From the NCBI GenBank assembly GCA_022646745.1, contig CP060262.1:270001-302000 (forward strand): DNA of 32,000 nt. Reading direction: 5' to 3'. Origin of the DNA: Planctomycetales bacterium (GTDB taxonomy: Bacteria > 4484-113 > JAFGCY01). Positions 14,462 through 22,705 of the stretch are shown here, piece by piece; positions within the stretch are counted from its first letter, which is position 1, and the number at the start of each line of letters is the position of its first letter. The notes under the pieces were generated by a model. It ran no database searches. It saw nothing but the letters and a program-made list of their open reading frames with translations, and was not told the DNA's origin. Made by a program: the position numbers and the translations under genes.

Positions 14462-16557
14462 ACCTGCTGCCTCTCCTTCAGCTGCGTGATGCGCCCCTGC
14501 CAGAGGTCCGCTTCCTCGATCAGCGGCTCCAGCGACCCGAACACCTCGTCCCGTTCATTGCCAAGTTCATCGATCTGCAGCTGCAGCGTGGCGATCCGTT
14601 CGTAATCTGATGCCGCGTCAACACTGTGCTGCTCGTCCGCGAGCTGCCGGATGCGCCGCTCCAGCTCCTCGATCGTCAGTTCCACCTGGGCGATCCTCTG
14701 CTCAACCTTTTCCTGCTGGCGGCGGCAGTAGCCCTCCACATTCGTGCGGGCTTCCTTCGCCGCCTGCTCAAGCATCGTCCATTCGTCATCTTCAGCGTTG
14801 CCATTTCCGCTGTCCCGCGCGGCCTGTGCATTCTGTTCGGCGAGCATCGCCTCACGGAATCGGCGGTACTCGCTGTAATGCCCGCGGAAGAATGACGAGC
14901 TGAAGTTGTCAGCCTCCCCCTCGCGCTCGAACACCACCAGCCGGTTGCAGATCCGCTCCAATAGCGCGCGGTCATGGGTCACCATGATCAGCGAACCCTC
15001 GTAGGCCAGCAGGAACTGCTCCAGCGCTTCACGCGCCCAGATGTCGAGGTGGTTCGTCGGCTCATCCAGCAGCAGTACGTTCGGGCGGCGGCGGAAGATC
15101 TTTGCCAGCGTCAGGCGGCTGCGTTCGCCACCACTGAGCTGCTTGACGTCCTTGAACACCTCGTCGCCACTGAAGCCGAACACCGCGAGGTAACTGCGCA
15201 CCTCGCCATCCGTCAGGTTGCCATCCACGCTGCGCAGTTCCGCCATCAGGTCGCGCCCGTCCTGCAGGTCAGCGCTGTCCTGTGAGAACACGCCGACATC
15301 GGCATTGCTGCCCCAGGCCACCATCCCGCGCAGGGGCGCCAGCCGGCGGGCCAGCAGCTTCAAAAGCGTACTCTTGCCGCAGCCATTGCTGCCGACGATG
15401 CCCATCCGTTCGCCGCGGTACAACTGGAAATCCACGTCATCCAGCAGCAGGCCGTCGCCAACCGGGCCGCGCGCCATTTCCATCGGCGGGTTGAGCGCCA
15501 GGCCGGAATGCCCGACCTTCTCATATACCTTTTCCTCGGAGCGCTCCAGCCCGCTGTAGCTGAAGCAGAGCTGCTCCACGATCAGCAGCTGTTCGCCCGA
15601 CAAAAGCGCGGGCTTCAGCACGAAGCTCATCTGCGGGTCGTCCGCCGGCCGGTCCACGCGCTCCATCCGCCCGAGCAGCTTGCGCCGGCCCTGGGCCTGC
15701 TTGGTGTTCTGCCCGGCGATGTTGCGGCGGATGTACTCCTCGGTCTTGGCGATATGCTCCTGCTGCTTCTGGAACTGGTCCAGCTCGGCACGCCGCCTGA
15801 GGTCACGCTGCGGACGGTACTTCGTGTAGTTGCCGGGATAGCGGAACAGGCCCTGGTTGTCAACTTCCCAGATATGTGTGCAGACGCTGTCCAAGAGCCA
15901 GCGGTCGTGGCTGACGAGGATCACGCCTGCCCGGCCGCGCAGGCTCTTCAAGTAGTCCGCGAAGAATTCCTGGGCTTCGATGTCCAGGTGGTTGGTCGGC
16001 TCGTCGAAGATCAGGCAGTTGGCATCGCTGATCAGCGCGCGGGCCAGGCAGGCCTTCTGGCGCTGTCCGCCGCTCATGCTGCCCAGCGTCTGGTTGTGCT
16101 GCTCGTCGGTGAAAGACAGGCCGCTGATGATACGGTCGATGTCAGTCTCCCAGCGGTGCCCGTCCAGCACGGCGAAGCGCTCCTGTACGCTGCCGAGCTC
16201 AGCCTGCAGCGCTTCGTCCTCAGGCCTGTGCTCCAGCTCGCGCACGAGCTTGCCCATCCGTTCCTGCAGTTCGACGAGGTCCGCCCGGCCGCCGCGCACG
16301 AATTCACGCAGGGTGTCCGTGTCGGTGCCACCGGAGGACTGGGTGACGATCGTGATCTGCGTGCCGCGGCTGACCTGGATATTGCCCGCCTCAGGGGTGA
16401 GCCGGCCCTCGATCAGCTTCAGGAGCGTGGTCTTGCCACCGCCGTTCTGGCCCACGAGCCCGATCACATTGCCCGGCTGCAGCTGGCCGCTGGCATCGCG
16501 GATGATGTATTCATCGGTGTAACCGAAGCTCAGGTTTGAGAATTCAAGCAGGGACAC
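14458..16557 (-). CDS. ABC-F family ATPase (two ABC cassettes, no TM domain, C-terminal coiled coil; Uup-like)
   Basis: Walker A GQNGGGKTT and GSNGCGKST, signatures LSGGQRQK and LSGGERSR, inter-domain linker, C-terminal heptad-rich tail. GTG start at 16557. Confidence 0.9.
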   Translation of the reverse strand: MSLLEFSNLSFGYTDEYIIRDASGQLQPGNVIGLVGQNGGGKTTLLKLIEGRLTPEAGNIQVSRGTQITIVTQSSGGTDTDTLREFVRGGRADLVELQERMGKLVRELEHRPEDEALQAELGSVQERFAVLDGHRWETDIDRIISGLSFTDEQHNQTLGSMSGGQRQKACLARALISDANCLIFDEPTNHLDIEAQEFFADYLKSLRGRAGVILVSHDRWLLDSVCTHIWEVDNQGLFRYPGNYTKYRPQRDLRRRAELDQFQKQQEHIAKTEEYIRRNIAGQNTKQAQGRRKLLGRMERVDRPADDPQMSFVLKPALLSGEQLLIVEQLCFSYSGLERSEEKVYEKVGHSGLALNPPMEMARGPVGDGLLLDDVDFQLYRGERMGIVGSNGCGKSTLLKLLARRLAPLRGMVAWGSNADVGVFSQDSADLQDGRDLMAELRSVDGNLTDGEVRSYLAVFGFSGDEVFKDVKQLSGGERSRLTLAKIFRRRPNVLLLDEPTNHLDIWAREALEQFLLAYEGSLIMVTHDRALLERICNRLVVFEREGEADNFSSSFFRGHYSEYRRFREAMLAEQNAQAARDSGNGNAEDDEWTMLEQAAKEARTNVEGYCRRQQEKVEQRIAQVELTIEELERRIRQLADEQHSVDAASDYERIATLQLQIDELGNERDEVFGSLEPLIEEADLWQGRITQLKERQQV

Positions 16558-16693
16558 GGCAGCGTGCCTATTCTAACAGGGCAGCCAGCCACGCGCCGGA
16601 TATGCAGTGTTAAAGGGGAGCTGCTGCGAAGTTGCACCATCGGAGGTGCGGCGCAAGCCGGACATGGAGGTAGAGCGCAATCTTGGCGCTGAA

Positions 16694-16728
16694 GCAATGA
16701 GCAGTGAAGACTGAGCAATGAGCCAATC
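16694..16728. repeat. Heptamer array gcaatga/gcagtga/agactga/gcaatga/gccaatc (TGA every 7 nt)
   Basis: TGA at 16698, 16705, 16712 and 16719, one per unit, which covers all three plus frames. Confidence 0.8.
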
Positions 16729-16760
16729 CACAGAAGCGCAGTTTCGGCGCAAACGATGAC

Positions 16761-16809
16761 GTAGGGTGGCGGTAATACCGCCACCGGGATGGGGTGTTAC
16801 CCCATCCCT
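16761..16809 (+). repeat. 49-nt GTAG-double-hairpin element, copy B
   Basis: Same sequence as 12534-12582 with C>T in loop 1. Weaker similarity continues for about 35 nt downstream (…TGCGRCAGCAAGTGSCGC…). Confidence 0.85.
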
Positions 16810-16891
16810 ACTTCATGCTACGAATGAGCCGCATTATTGTGCGACAGCAAGTGGCGCACCACCGTAACCTGTTTGGTCCGGGCTGCCTCCC

Positions 16892-17749
16892 CTACTCCTG
16901 CTTTCCCTCCAGCCTGTCCAGCCGCTCATTGATCTCATCGAGCTTGCAGATCAACTTGTGGCTCAGGCGCTCCAGCTTCACGTCGATTTCCTCGACCTCC
17001 TCGCTGATCTCCTCCACCTCGTCCTCTGTGCGCGCCGCGATGTCATGCGACATCTCGTCCACGAACACGGCGTTTAAGAGCGAGAGGATCACGATCCCGC
17101 CGAAACTGACCGCGAAAATGAAGTACAGCCGGATCAGGTGCGCCTTGATGCCGGTGCTGTGGGCAGCGATGTTGTCACTCATCTCGTACCAGCCCTCGAT
17201 CGTGAAGATCTTGAACATGGTGTACATGCTCAAAAGCGGGTCGGAGAACTCCGGGTAGAGCCTGACAACCGCGCCGCTGGCATCGACCGTGGTCTGGTAG
17301 CCGAACATGTAATGTGCGCTCAGCCCGAAGATGAACAGGTAGCAGAACACCAGCATGAAGATCCCGACGCTGGCCTTCAGCGCACGCTTGCCGCCGATCA
17401 TCAGGCGCTCGATGTTCGGGATGAAGCGCATCAAGCGCAGGAAGCGCAGCAGGCGCAGCAGCCTGAGCAGCGTGAACAGCGCGGGCGCCCCGGTGAACAG
17501 CGAAGGCAGGCTGACGACGACGATGCCAAGGTCGAACAGGTTCCAGGGGTCGCCGAAGTAGCCCTTGATCCCCTGGAAGCGCATCTTGAGCACCGCTTCC
17601 AGGATGAAGTAGACTACACATAATGAGTCAATCGCCAGCAGTGCCGGGCCGGCGGACAGCCTGAGCGTGGGGAAGGCCTCAAGGAACAGCACGAGCGCAT
17701 TGAGCAGGATCACGAACAGGATCACTCTCTCGCTGATCAGCCTGCGCAC
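16892..17749 (-). CDS. Single-domain (6-TM) voltage-gated cation channel, BacNaV/NaChBac-like, with C-terminal coiled coil
   Basis: S4 segment LLRLLRLLRFLRLMRF (5 Arg at every third position), pore FKIFTIEGWYEMSD, S6, then an acidic neck plus heptad coiled coil. GTG start preceded by GGAGG. Confidence 0.85.
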   Translation of the reverse strand: MRRLISERVILFVILLNALVLFLEAFPTLRLSAGPALLAIDSLCVVYFILEAVLKMRFQGIKGYFGDPWNLFDLGIVVVSLPSLFTGAPALFTLLRLLRLLRFLRLMRFIPNIERLMIGGKRALKASVGIFMLVFCYLFIFGLSAHYMFGYQTTVDASGAVVRLYPEFSDPLLSMYTMFKIFTIEGWYEMSDNIAAHSTGIKAHLIRLYFIFAVSFGGIVILSLLNAVFVDEMSHDIAARTEDEVEEISEEVEEIDVKLERLSHKLICKLDEINERLDRLEGKQE

Positions 17750-17839
17750 CGCGTGCCTCCACCATCATGCATGCCGCTTATCCTACAGCAGGCCGTGCCC
17801 GGCGCAGCGTTGCCAAAAAAATTCCGCTGGTAATCCAGC

Positions 17840-17867
17840 TTGAAACTTCGCTTAACATATGTATAAT
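17840..17867 (+). promoter_or_regulatory. Near-consensus sigma70-type promoter TTGAAA-16 nt-TATAAT
   Basis: -35 at 17840-17845 and -10 at 17862-17867. Lies in a 500-nt AT-rich non-coding region about 390 nt upstream of dnaB. Confidence 0.5.
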
Positions 17868-18150
17868 CCATTCTTGTGGGACAGTCCATCCGCAAAATTT
17901 CCGTTCTTATTTTGGGACGTTATTTGAGACAAACTGTTTCCCATGCGGATTGATTTTCATATTTTCCGGCAAGTGGGCACAGCTCGGCAGTTCTATCAAC
18001 TTGAATTGGGTTGATAAGTTGACAGTTTTGCGGATATCCGCATTTCACGTCGCGTGAAAGTGCGGAGACGGTTGAAAGCTGGCAACAGCCTGTTTGGCAA
18101 CGTGCCCGCTGTTGATTGCCGTGCACGCTGCAGTCAAGCTGCATGCGGGT

Positions 18151-18178
18151 TTACCATGGATTTAATTTGCGATATGAT
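18151..18178 (+). promoter_or_regulatory. Possible dnaB-proximal promoter TTACCA-16 nt-TATGAT
   Basis: Hexamers read directly from the sequence, about 78 nt upstream of the dnaB start. Confidence 0.3.
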
Positions 18179-18255
18179 CGCTCTCCAGAAGCAGCTGGGG
18201 CACGTGGTGGGGCCTCATTTCTGGGTGGATCAACATCGGAAACAGGAGCAAGGCT

Positions 18256-19704
18256 TTGGCTGTTTACAGGGATGACAACATTCAGGAGCACGTGCATGAC
18301 CGCACGCCGCCGCAGAATGTTGACCTCGAGATGTGCGTGCTGGGCGCGATCATGCTCGAACCCAAGGAGGCATTCCCACTCGCGCAGGACTACCTCAACC
18401 GGGATTCCTTCTACCTCGACGGACACGGGATCATCTTCGAACTGATGGGGGAGCTGTTCAACCGCGGCATCCCGCCTGACAGCGTGGCCGTGCTTGATGA
18501 GCTGCGCAGCCGTGGCCAGATGGAGCGCGTCGGCGGCAGCGCGGTGGTGATGGGAATGCTCAACTCCGTGCCGACCGCTGCCAACGTGGAGTACCACGCC
18601 CGCAAGGTAGCCGAGAAGGGCCACCTGCGCAAGCTGATCCGCACCTGCACGGAGATCGTTGACGAATGCTACCGCCAGGAGCTGTCCCTCGAGCAGGTGG
18701 TGGACCGCGCGGAATCCGGCATCCTCAAGATGAGCACCAACACCGGCAGGAACCGGATGGACAGCATCAGCGAGGTGCTGCGCGAATACTGGGAGAAGCT
18801 CAGCACGCGCGATGAGGAGCTGCGCCAGCGCCGCAATGCCGGTGAGCCGAACCCGAAGATCTCCGCCGGACTGCCAACCGGCTTCCGCGACCTAGACCAG
18901 ATGATCGGCGGCCTGCGCGAAAGTGAGCTCCTGATCCTCGCCGCCCGTCCTTCGATGGGTAAGTCCGCGCTGGCACTGAACTTCATGCACAACGTGTCCG
19001 TGCTGAACTCGATCCCGACGGCGATCTTCAGCCTTGAGATGGGTGCCGACCAGATGGCGGAGCGCCTGATGACCCAGGGCACGATGTACACACGGCACAA
19101 CCGCATCCAGGGTGTCTCCAGCGGCCGGCTGCAGAATCCGGACCTCTCGGACCTCGAATGGAACGTGCTGACCCAGAGCTACAACAAGCTGGTGTCAGCC
19201 CCGATATATATTGACGACAGCAGCGTGCTGACGATCGGCATGCTCAAGAGCAAGGCGCGCCGCCTCTACACGCAGTACGGCATCCGCTGCATCATCGTGG
19301 ACTACCTGCAGCTGATGAGCGGCCCCAACAGCGGCGGTGACAACCGCGTGCAGGAGGTCAGCGAGATCAGCCGCGGCCTGAAGCAGATCGCGCGTGAGCT
19401 GCGCATCCCGGTGATCGCGCTGTCCCAGCTCAGCCGCCAGGTGGAAAGCCGCACGAGCAAGAAGCCGCAGCTGTCCGACCTGCGTGAATCCGGCGCGATC
19501 GAGCAGGACGCGGACATCGTGATGTTCATCCACCGCGAGGACTACTACCAGGAGAAGACGCAGGACTTCAGTGTCGATGCGGACTACGACCGCCACACGC
19601 TGCCGGATGCGGACCTGATCGTCGCCAAGAACCGTAACGGCCCGACCGGCCTCGTCAAGATGCGCTTCTTCAAGGAGATCACCAGGTTCCTGGAGCCGAT
19701 GTAG
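18256..19704 (+). CDS. dnaB: Replicative DNA helicase DnaB
   Basis: N-terminal PPQNVDLEMCVLGAIML, Walker A AARPSMGKSA, SLEM, DYLQLM and SQLSR motifs. TTG start at 18256 lies 7 nt after AGGAG. No intein. Confidence 0.95.
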   Translation: MAVYRDDNIQEHVHDRTPPQNVDLEMCVLGAIMLEPKEAFPLAQDYLNRDSFYLDGHGIIFELMGELFNRGIPPDSVAVLDELRSRGQMERVGGSAVVMGMLNSVPTAANVEYHARKVAEKGHLRKLIRTCTEIVDECYRQELSLEQVVDRAESGILKMSTNTGRNRMDSISEVLREYWEKLSTRDEELRQRRNAGEPNPKISAGLPTGFRDLDQMIGGLRESELLILAARPSMGKSALALNFMHNVSVLNSIPTAIFSLEMGADQMAERLMTQGTMYTRHNRIQGVSSGRLQNPDLSDLEWNVLTQSYNKLVSAPIYIDDSSVLTIGMLKSKARRLYTQYGIRCIIVDYLQLMSGPNSGGDNRVQEVSEISRGLKQIARELRIPVIALSQLSRQVESRTSKKPQLSDLRESGAIEQDADIVMFIHREDYYQEKTQDFSVDADYDRHTLPDADLIVAKNRNGPTGLVKMRFFKEITRFLEPM

Positions 19705-19709
19705 GGAAG

Positions 19710-21089
19710 ATGGCAATGGACTACCCGAAGAGAATCCTGATCGTCGGCAACGGCGGCCGTGAGAATGCGATCGGCAATGCGCTTTTGCTCAGCGAGCAGC
19801 TGGAGGGCCTGTGGATCACCCCCGCCAACTGGGGCCTGGTGGACCACCACGCCTTCGGCCGCGTGCACACGCTTGCTGTCAAGCCGACCGACCTCGCCGG
19901 GATTGTCAACGCGGCGCTTGAGATAGCGGCGGAGCTCGTGGTGGTCGGTCCGGAGGATCCGCTCTGTGCCGGCCTGGCGGACAGGCTGCGCGAGGCCGGC
20001 ATCCCGGCCGTCGGTCCGGGGGCGGATGCCGCGCAGCTGGAAGGCAGCAAGCGCTTTGCCAAGCAGTTCATGGCGCGCCATGGGATACCGACCGCGGAGT
20101 TCGCCGAGTTCAGCGAACTAGATGCCCTGCTCACATACATCGCGTCCGGCGAGGGGCCGCTGGTGCTGAAGGCCGATGGCCTGGCGGCCGGCAAGGGCGT
20201 GATCGTCGCTGCCAACCGCGCGGAGGCTGCCGAGGGAGCGCGAGTACTGCTGGAGGAAAAGCGCTTCGGTGCCGCCGGCAGCACAGTGCTGGCCGAGGAA
20301 TGCCTGTTCGGCCGTGAAATCAGCTTCACCGTGCTGATCAGTGGTGGCCGGGCCGAGGTGCTGCCACCCTCTAGTGACTACAAGCGCCTGCAGGATGACG
20401 ACTTCGGCCCCAACACAGGCGGGATGGGCAACATCTGCCCGACCCCCTGGGCCACGGACGAGGTGATCGTCGAATTCAGCCGTGACATCCTTGCGCCATT
20501 CATGCGCGGACTGCGCGCGGACGGGCTGGACTACCGCGGTTTCCTGTTCGTGGGCACGATGCTCACGGAGAGTGGCCTGAAGGTGATTGAATTCAACACC
20601 CGCTTCGGCGATCCCGAGGCCGAGGTAGTGATCCCGCTGTGCAGCGCGGACTGGCCGCTCCTACTGGCACACATGGCCGCCGGTGAGCTGCCGCAGGATG
20701 CGGTTGTGCTGCGCGATGGCGCCTGCGTGGCGGTCGTGCTGGCCAGTGGCAACTACCCCTATGGCAAGAGTGAGCCGGCTGCGATCAGCGGCATTGAACG
20801 CCTGCAGGGCCAGGGCCTGCTGGAACTTCGCCGTGACGGGGATGCGGTGCTGCCGCCGCAGGTCAGCCTGCATTTCGCCGGCGTGAGCCGGGAGGGTGAT
20901 CCTGGAGTGTACGAGAACCACTTCAGCAAGTCTGATGATTCCGCTTTCCTTGCCAGCGGCGGGCGCGTGCTGGCGCTAAGTGCCATGGGTGCTGACCTCA
21001 GCGCCGCCCGCCGCCTGGCTTATGAAGCCGTCGGCAACCTGCATTTCGAAGGCATGCAGTTCCGCACGGACATCGGCAAGCTGCGCTGA
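19710..21089 (+). CDS. purD: Phosphoribosylamine--glycine ligase
   Basis: ILIVGNGGRENAI, ATP-grasp core (LVLKADGLAAGKGV, VIEFNTRFGDPE) and C-terminal domain. The start is ATG 19710 or 19716. Confidence 0.9.
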   Translation: MAMDYPKRILIVGNGGRENAIGNALLLSEQLEGLWITPANWGLVDHHAFGRVHTLAVKPTDLAGIVNAALEIAAELVVVGPEDPLCAGLADRLREAGIPAVGPGADAAQLEGSKRFAKQFMARHGIPTAEFAEFSELDALLTYIASGEGPLVLKADGLAAGKGVIVAANRAEAAEGARVLLEEKRFGAAGSTVLAEECLFGREISFTVLISGGRAEVLPPSSDYKRLQDDDFGPNTGGMGNICPTPWATDEVIVEFSRDILAPFMRGLRADGLDYRGFLFVGTMLTESGLKVIEFNTRFGDPEAEVVIPLCSADWPLLLAHMAAGELPQDAVVLRDGACVAVVLASGNYPYGKSEPAAISGIERLQGQGLLELRRDGDAVLPPQVSLHFAGVSREGDPGVYENHFSKSDDSAFLASGGRVLALSAMGADLSAARRLAYEAVGNLHFEGMQFRTDIGKLR

Positions 21090-21150
21090 TCTTCACCGGG
21101 ATTGCACCTCGTTTTAGCACCACGGGTCAGCAGTGCGGTTAGCATTTCAC

Positions 21151-21468
21151 ATGACACTGCCGAATGCTGACCTGCTCTGCTTCATTGCCGCCGGGACCTG
21201 TGTGCTGCTCGGCCTGTTCTGCCTGATGATGCTTGCGCTCAAGCGCATCCGCAGCGAATTCACCTCCACCATGCGCGCCATCGCCGGATTCAACTTCCTC
21301 GTCGCCGTCGGCATGCTGCTGCTCGGGATGCGCGTGGAAGCCAGCGCGGCCGGCTTCAGCCAGCTGCGCATCGAGGAGGCGCAGCACAGCGCATCCACAC
21401 CGCGGCAGGCCGATTACGGCCATGACATCCTCGGTAACCTGCGGGACAGCACGGCGGAAACTCCTTAG
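21151..21468 (+). CDS. Small two-TM membrane protein, unknown function
   Basis: High-GC3 ORF with two hydrophobic segments, followed by an intrinsic terminator. No homology recognised. Confidence 0.45.
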   Translation: MTLPNADLLCFIAAGTCVLLGLFCLMMLALKRIRSEFTSTMRAIAGFNFLVAVGMLLLGMRVEASAAGFSQLRIEEAQHSASTPRQADYGHDILGNLRDSTAETP

Positions 21469-21497
21469 CCTGAGCGGCTCAGATCACCTGAATCACC

Positions 21498-21528
21498 GGA
21501 CGCGGGGTGAAACCTGCGCCCGTTTTTT
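21498..21528 (+). terminator. Rho-independent terminator after the purD/small-ORF unit
   Basis: Stem GGACGCGG / CTGCGCCC (7 of 8 positions pair) with an 8-nt loop, followed by G-TTTTTT (21523-21528). Confidence 0.65.
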
Positions 21529-21735
21529 CGCATAAAGCTCCCTATCATGACGTTCATGGATTACCTCAACGAGTTGTCCCTCAGGCTGAAGCAGTCCTTC
21601 ACCAGGCTGCGCCGCAGCATGCTTGGACGGCTGGTCGCGGCCCTGTTCAACAGGATCGCCGGAAATACCCGCTGAATTCAGCGGAGCCATCGAACAGGGC
21701 CGGGATTTACCCTGTCCTTATAAGGAGCTGCAACC

Positions 21736-22626
21736 ATGGCCAACAGGCTCATGCAGGAGGCACTGCGAGCTTCCAGCAGGTTCATTGTCGCCACCCTGGC
21801 CGCACTTTCCGTCACGGGATGCAATAACCAGGCAGTCGGCAATGGTAAGGAACTAGAGGCTGTCCCGAGTGGACAGACGGGGGCAATCGAGAAGGAGGAT
21901 TTCGGCATGATGCTGGAAAGAACTGAGCTCGAAGTGTCCGACGAGACCGTCGGCTCGCGCGAGTTCAACGGTATCTCCGAAGTGGAGCTGCGGATCAACA
22001 ACGGAGAAGTCACCATCAACCAGGATGACAGCCTGGCTCCCGGCACCGTGAAGATCGGCTGGGAAATCCGGCGCAACGGCCGCAAGGTGCGTGGCAAGCG
22101 CAGCGGCCTCGAGATCTACTTCAACCATGAGGATGACACCCTCGGCGTCGAGGATGAACGCATCGGCAACGGCACCCGCGTGCCGGACCTGCACCTGAAG
22201 GTTTCCATGGCCCCCGGCATCAGTGTCGAGACAAGCCTCGGCAACGGCGAGATCAAGGCCAGCGCTGACTTCATCGACGGCCTGGACCTCGGCAACGGCA
22301 ACATCAGCTTCCACGGCTCGCTGCGCAAGGGCGCGGACATCCACCTCGGCAACGGCATGCTGACCGGTGACCTGATGGGCGTGTCCGGCCGCCACAGCAT
22401 CTACGTCGGGAACGGCAATGTCGACATCGACGTGGCTGACGGCGTGAACTGCAACCTGAACGGCAGCGTGGCGATCGGCAGCATCGACTTCCACGGCAAG
22501 CTCAAGGGCAGCGTGGCCCGCCAGGGCTACATCGGTGCCACCGCCACCGCGCAGATCGGCGAGGAAGCCGGCAACCTGCTGAGTGTGGACATCGGCAACG
22601 GCGAGCTGCAGATCGGCAGCAACTGA
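21736..22626 (+). CDS. Lipoprotein with GNG-repeat beta-helix region (DUF4097 / putative-adhesin-like)
   Basis: Lipobox LSVTGC, AAGGAG at 21721-21726, repeated LGNGEI / LGNGNI / LGNGML / VGNGNV / IGNGEL units. Confidence 0.55.
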   Translation: MANRLMQEALRASSRFIVATLAALSVTGCNNQAVGNGKELEAVPSGQTGAIEKEDFGMMLERTELEVSDETVGSREFNGISEVELRINNGEVTINQDDSLAPGTVKIGWEIRRNGRKVRGKRSGLEIYFNHEDDTLGVEDERIGNGTRVPDLHLKVSMAPGISVETSLGNGEIKASADFIDGLDLGNGNISFHGSLRKGADIHLGNGMLTGDLMGVSGRHSIYVGNGNVDIDVADGVNCNLNGSVAIGSIDFHGKLKGSVARQGYIGATATAQIGEEAGNLLSVDIGNGELQIGSN

Positions 22627-22662
22627 GCCGTCCCAACTTCACTTGAAATAAGCAATGTAAAT

Positions 22663-22705
22663 GGTCGGTACTCCTAAGACCATGACCGGATCAGGAGTAC
22701 CGACC
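22663..22705 (+). promoter_or_regulatory. Perfect 13-bp inverted repeat sequestering the RBS of the first FMN reductase gene
   Basis: GGTCGGTACTCCT (22663-22675) and AGGAGTACCGACC (22693-22705) with a 17-nt loop. The right arm contains the SD AGGAG and ends 1 nt before ATG 22706. Confidence 0.6.

Noticed and set aside
17920-18144. 74-aa Cys-containing minus-strand ORF, plus ORFs 17767-18057 and 18054-18275 in the dnaB upstream gap
   Set aside because: The region is AT-rich with atypical codon usage. There is no RBS, and the ORFs overlap one another and the predicted promoters, so they are more consistent with non-coding sequence.
17750-18255. AT-rich region upstream of dnaB considered as a replication origin
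   Set aside because: I found only isolated, imperfect DnaA-box-like 9-mers (the best is TGATCCACC on the complement of 18227-18235, 7 of 9 matches). There is no cluster and no dnaA/dnaN nearby.
21547-21675. 42-codon ORF (MTFMDYLNELSLRLKQSFTRLRRSMLGRLVAALFNRIAGNTR) upstream of the DUF4097-like lipoprotein
   Set aside because: It has no recognisable RBS, is too short for composition-based support, and I recognise no homology. It may be real (amphipathic helix) but is unsupported.
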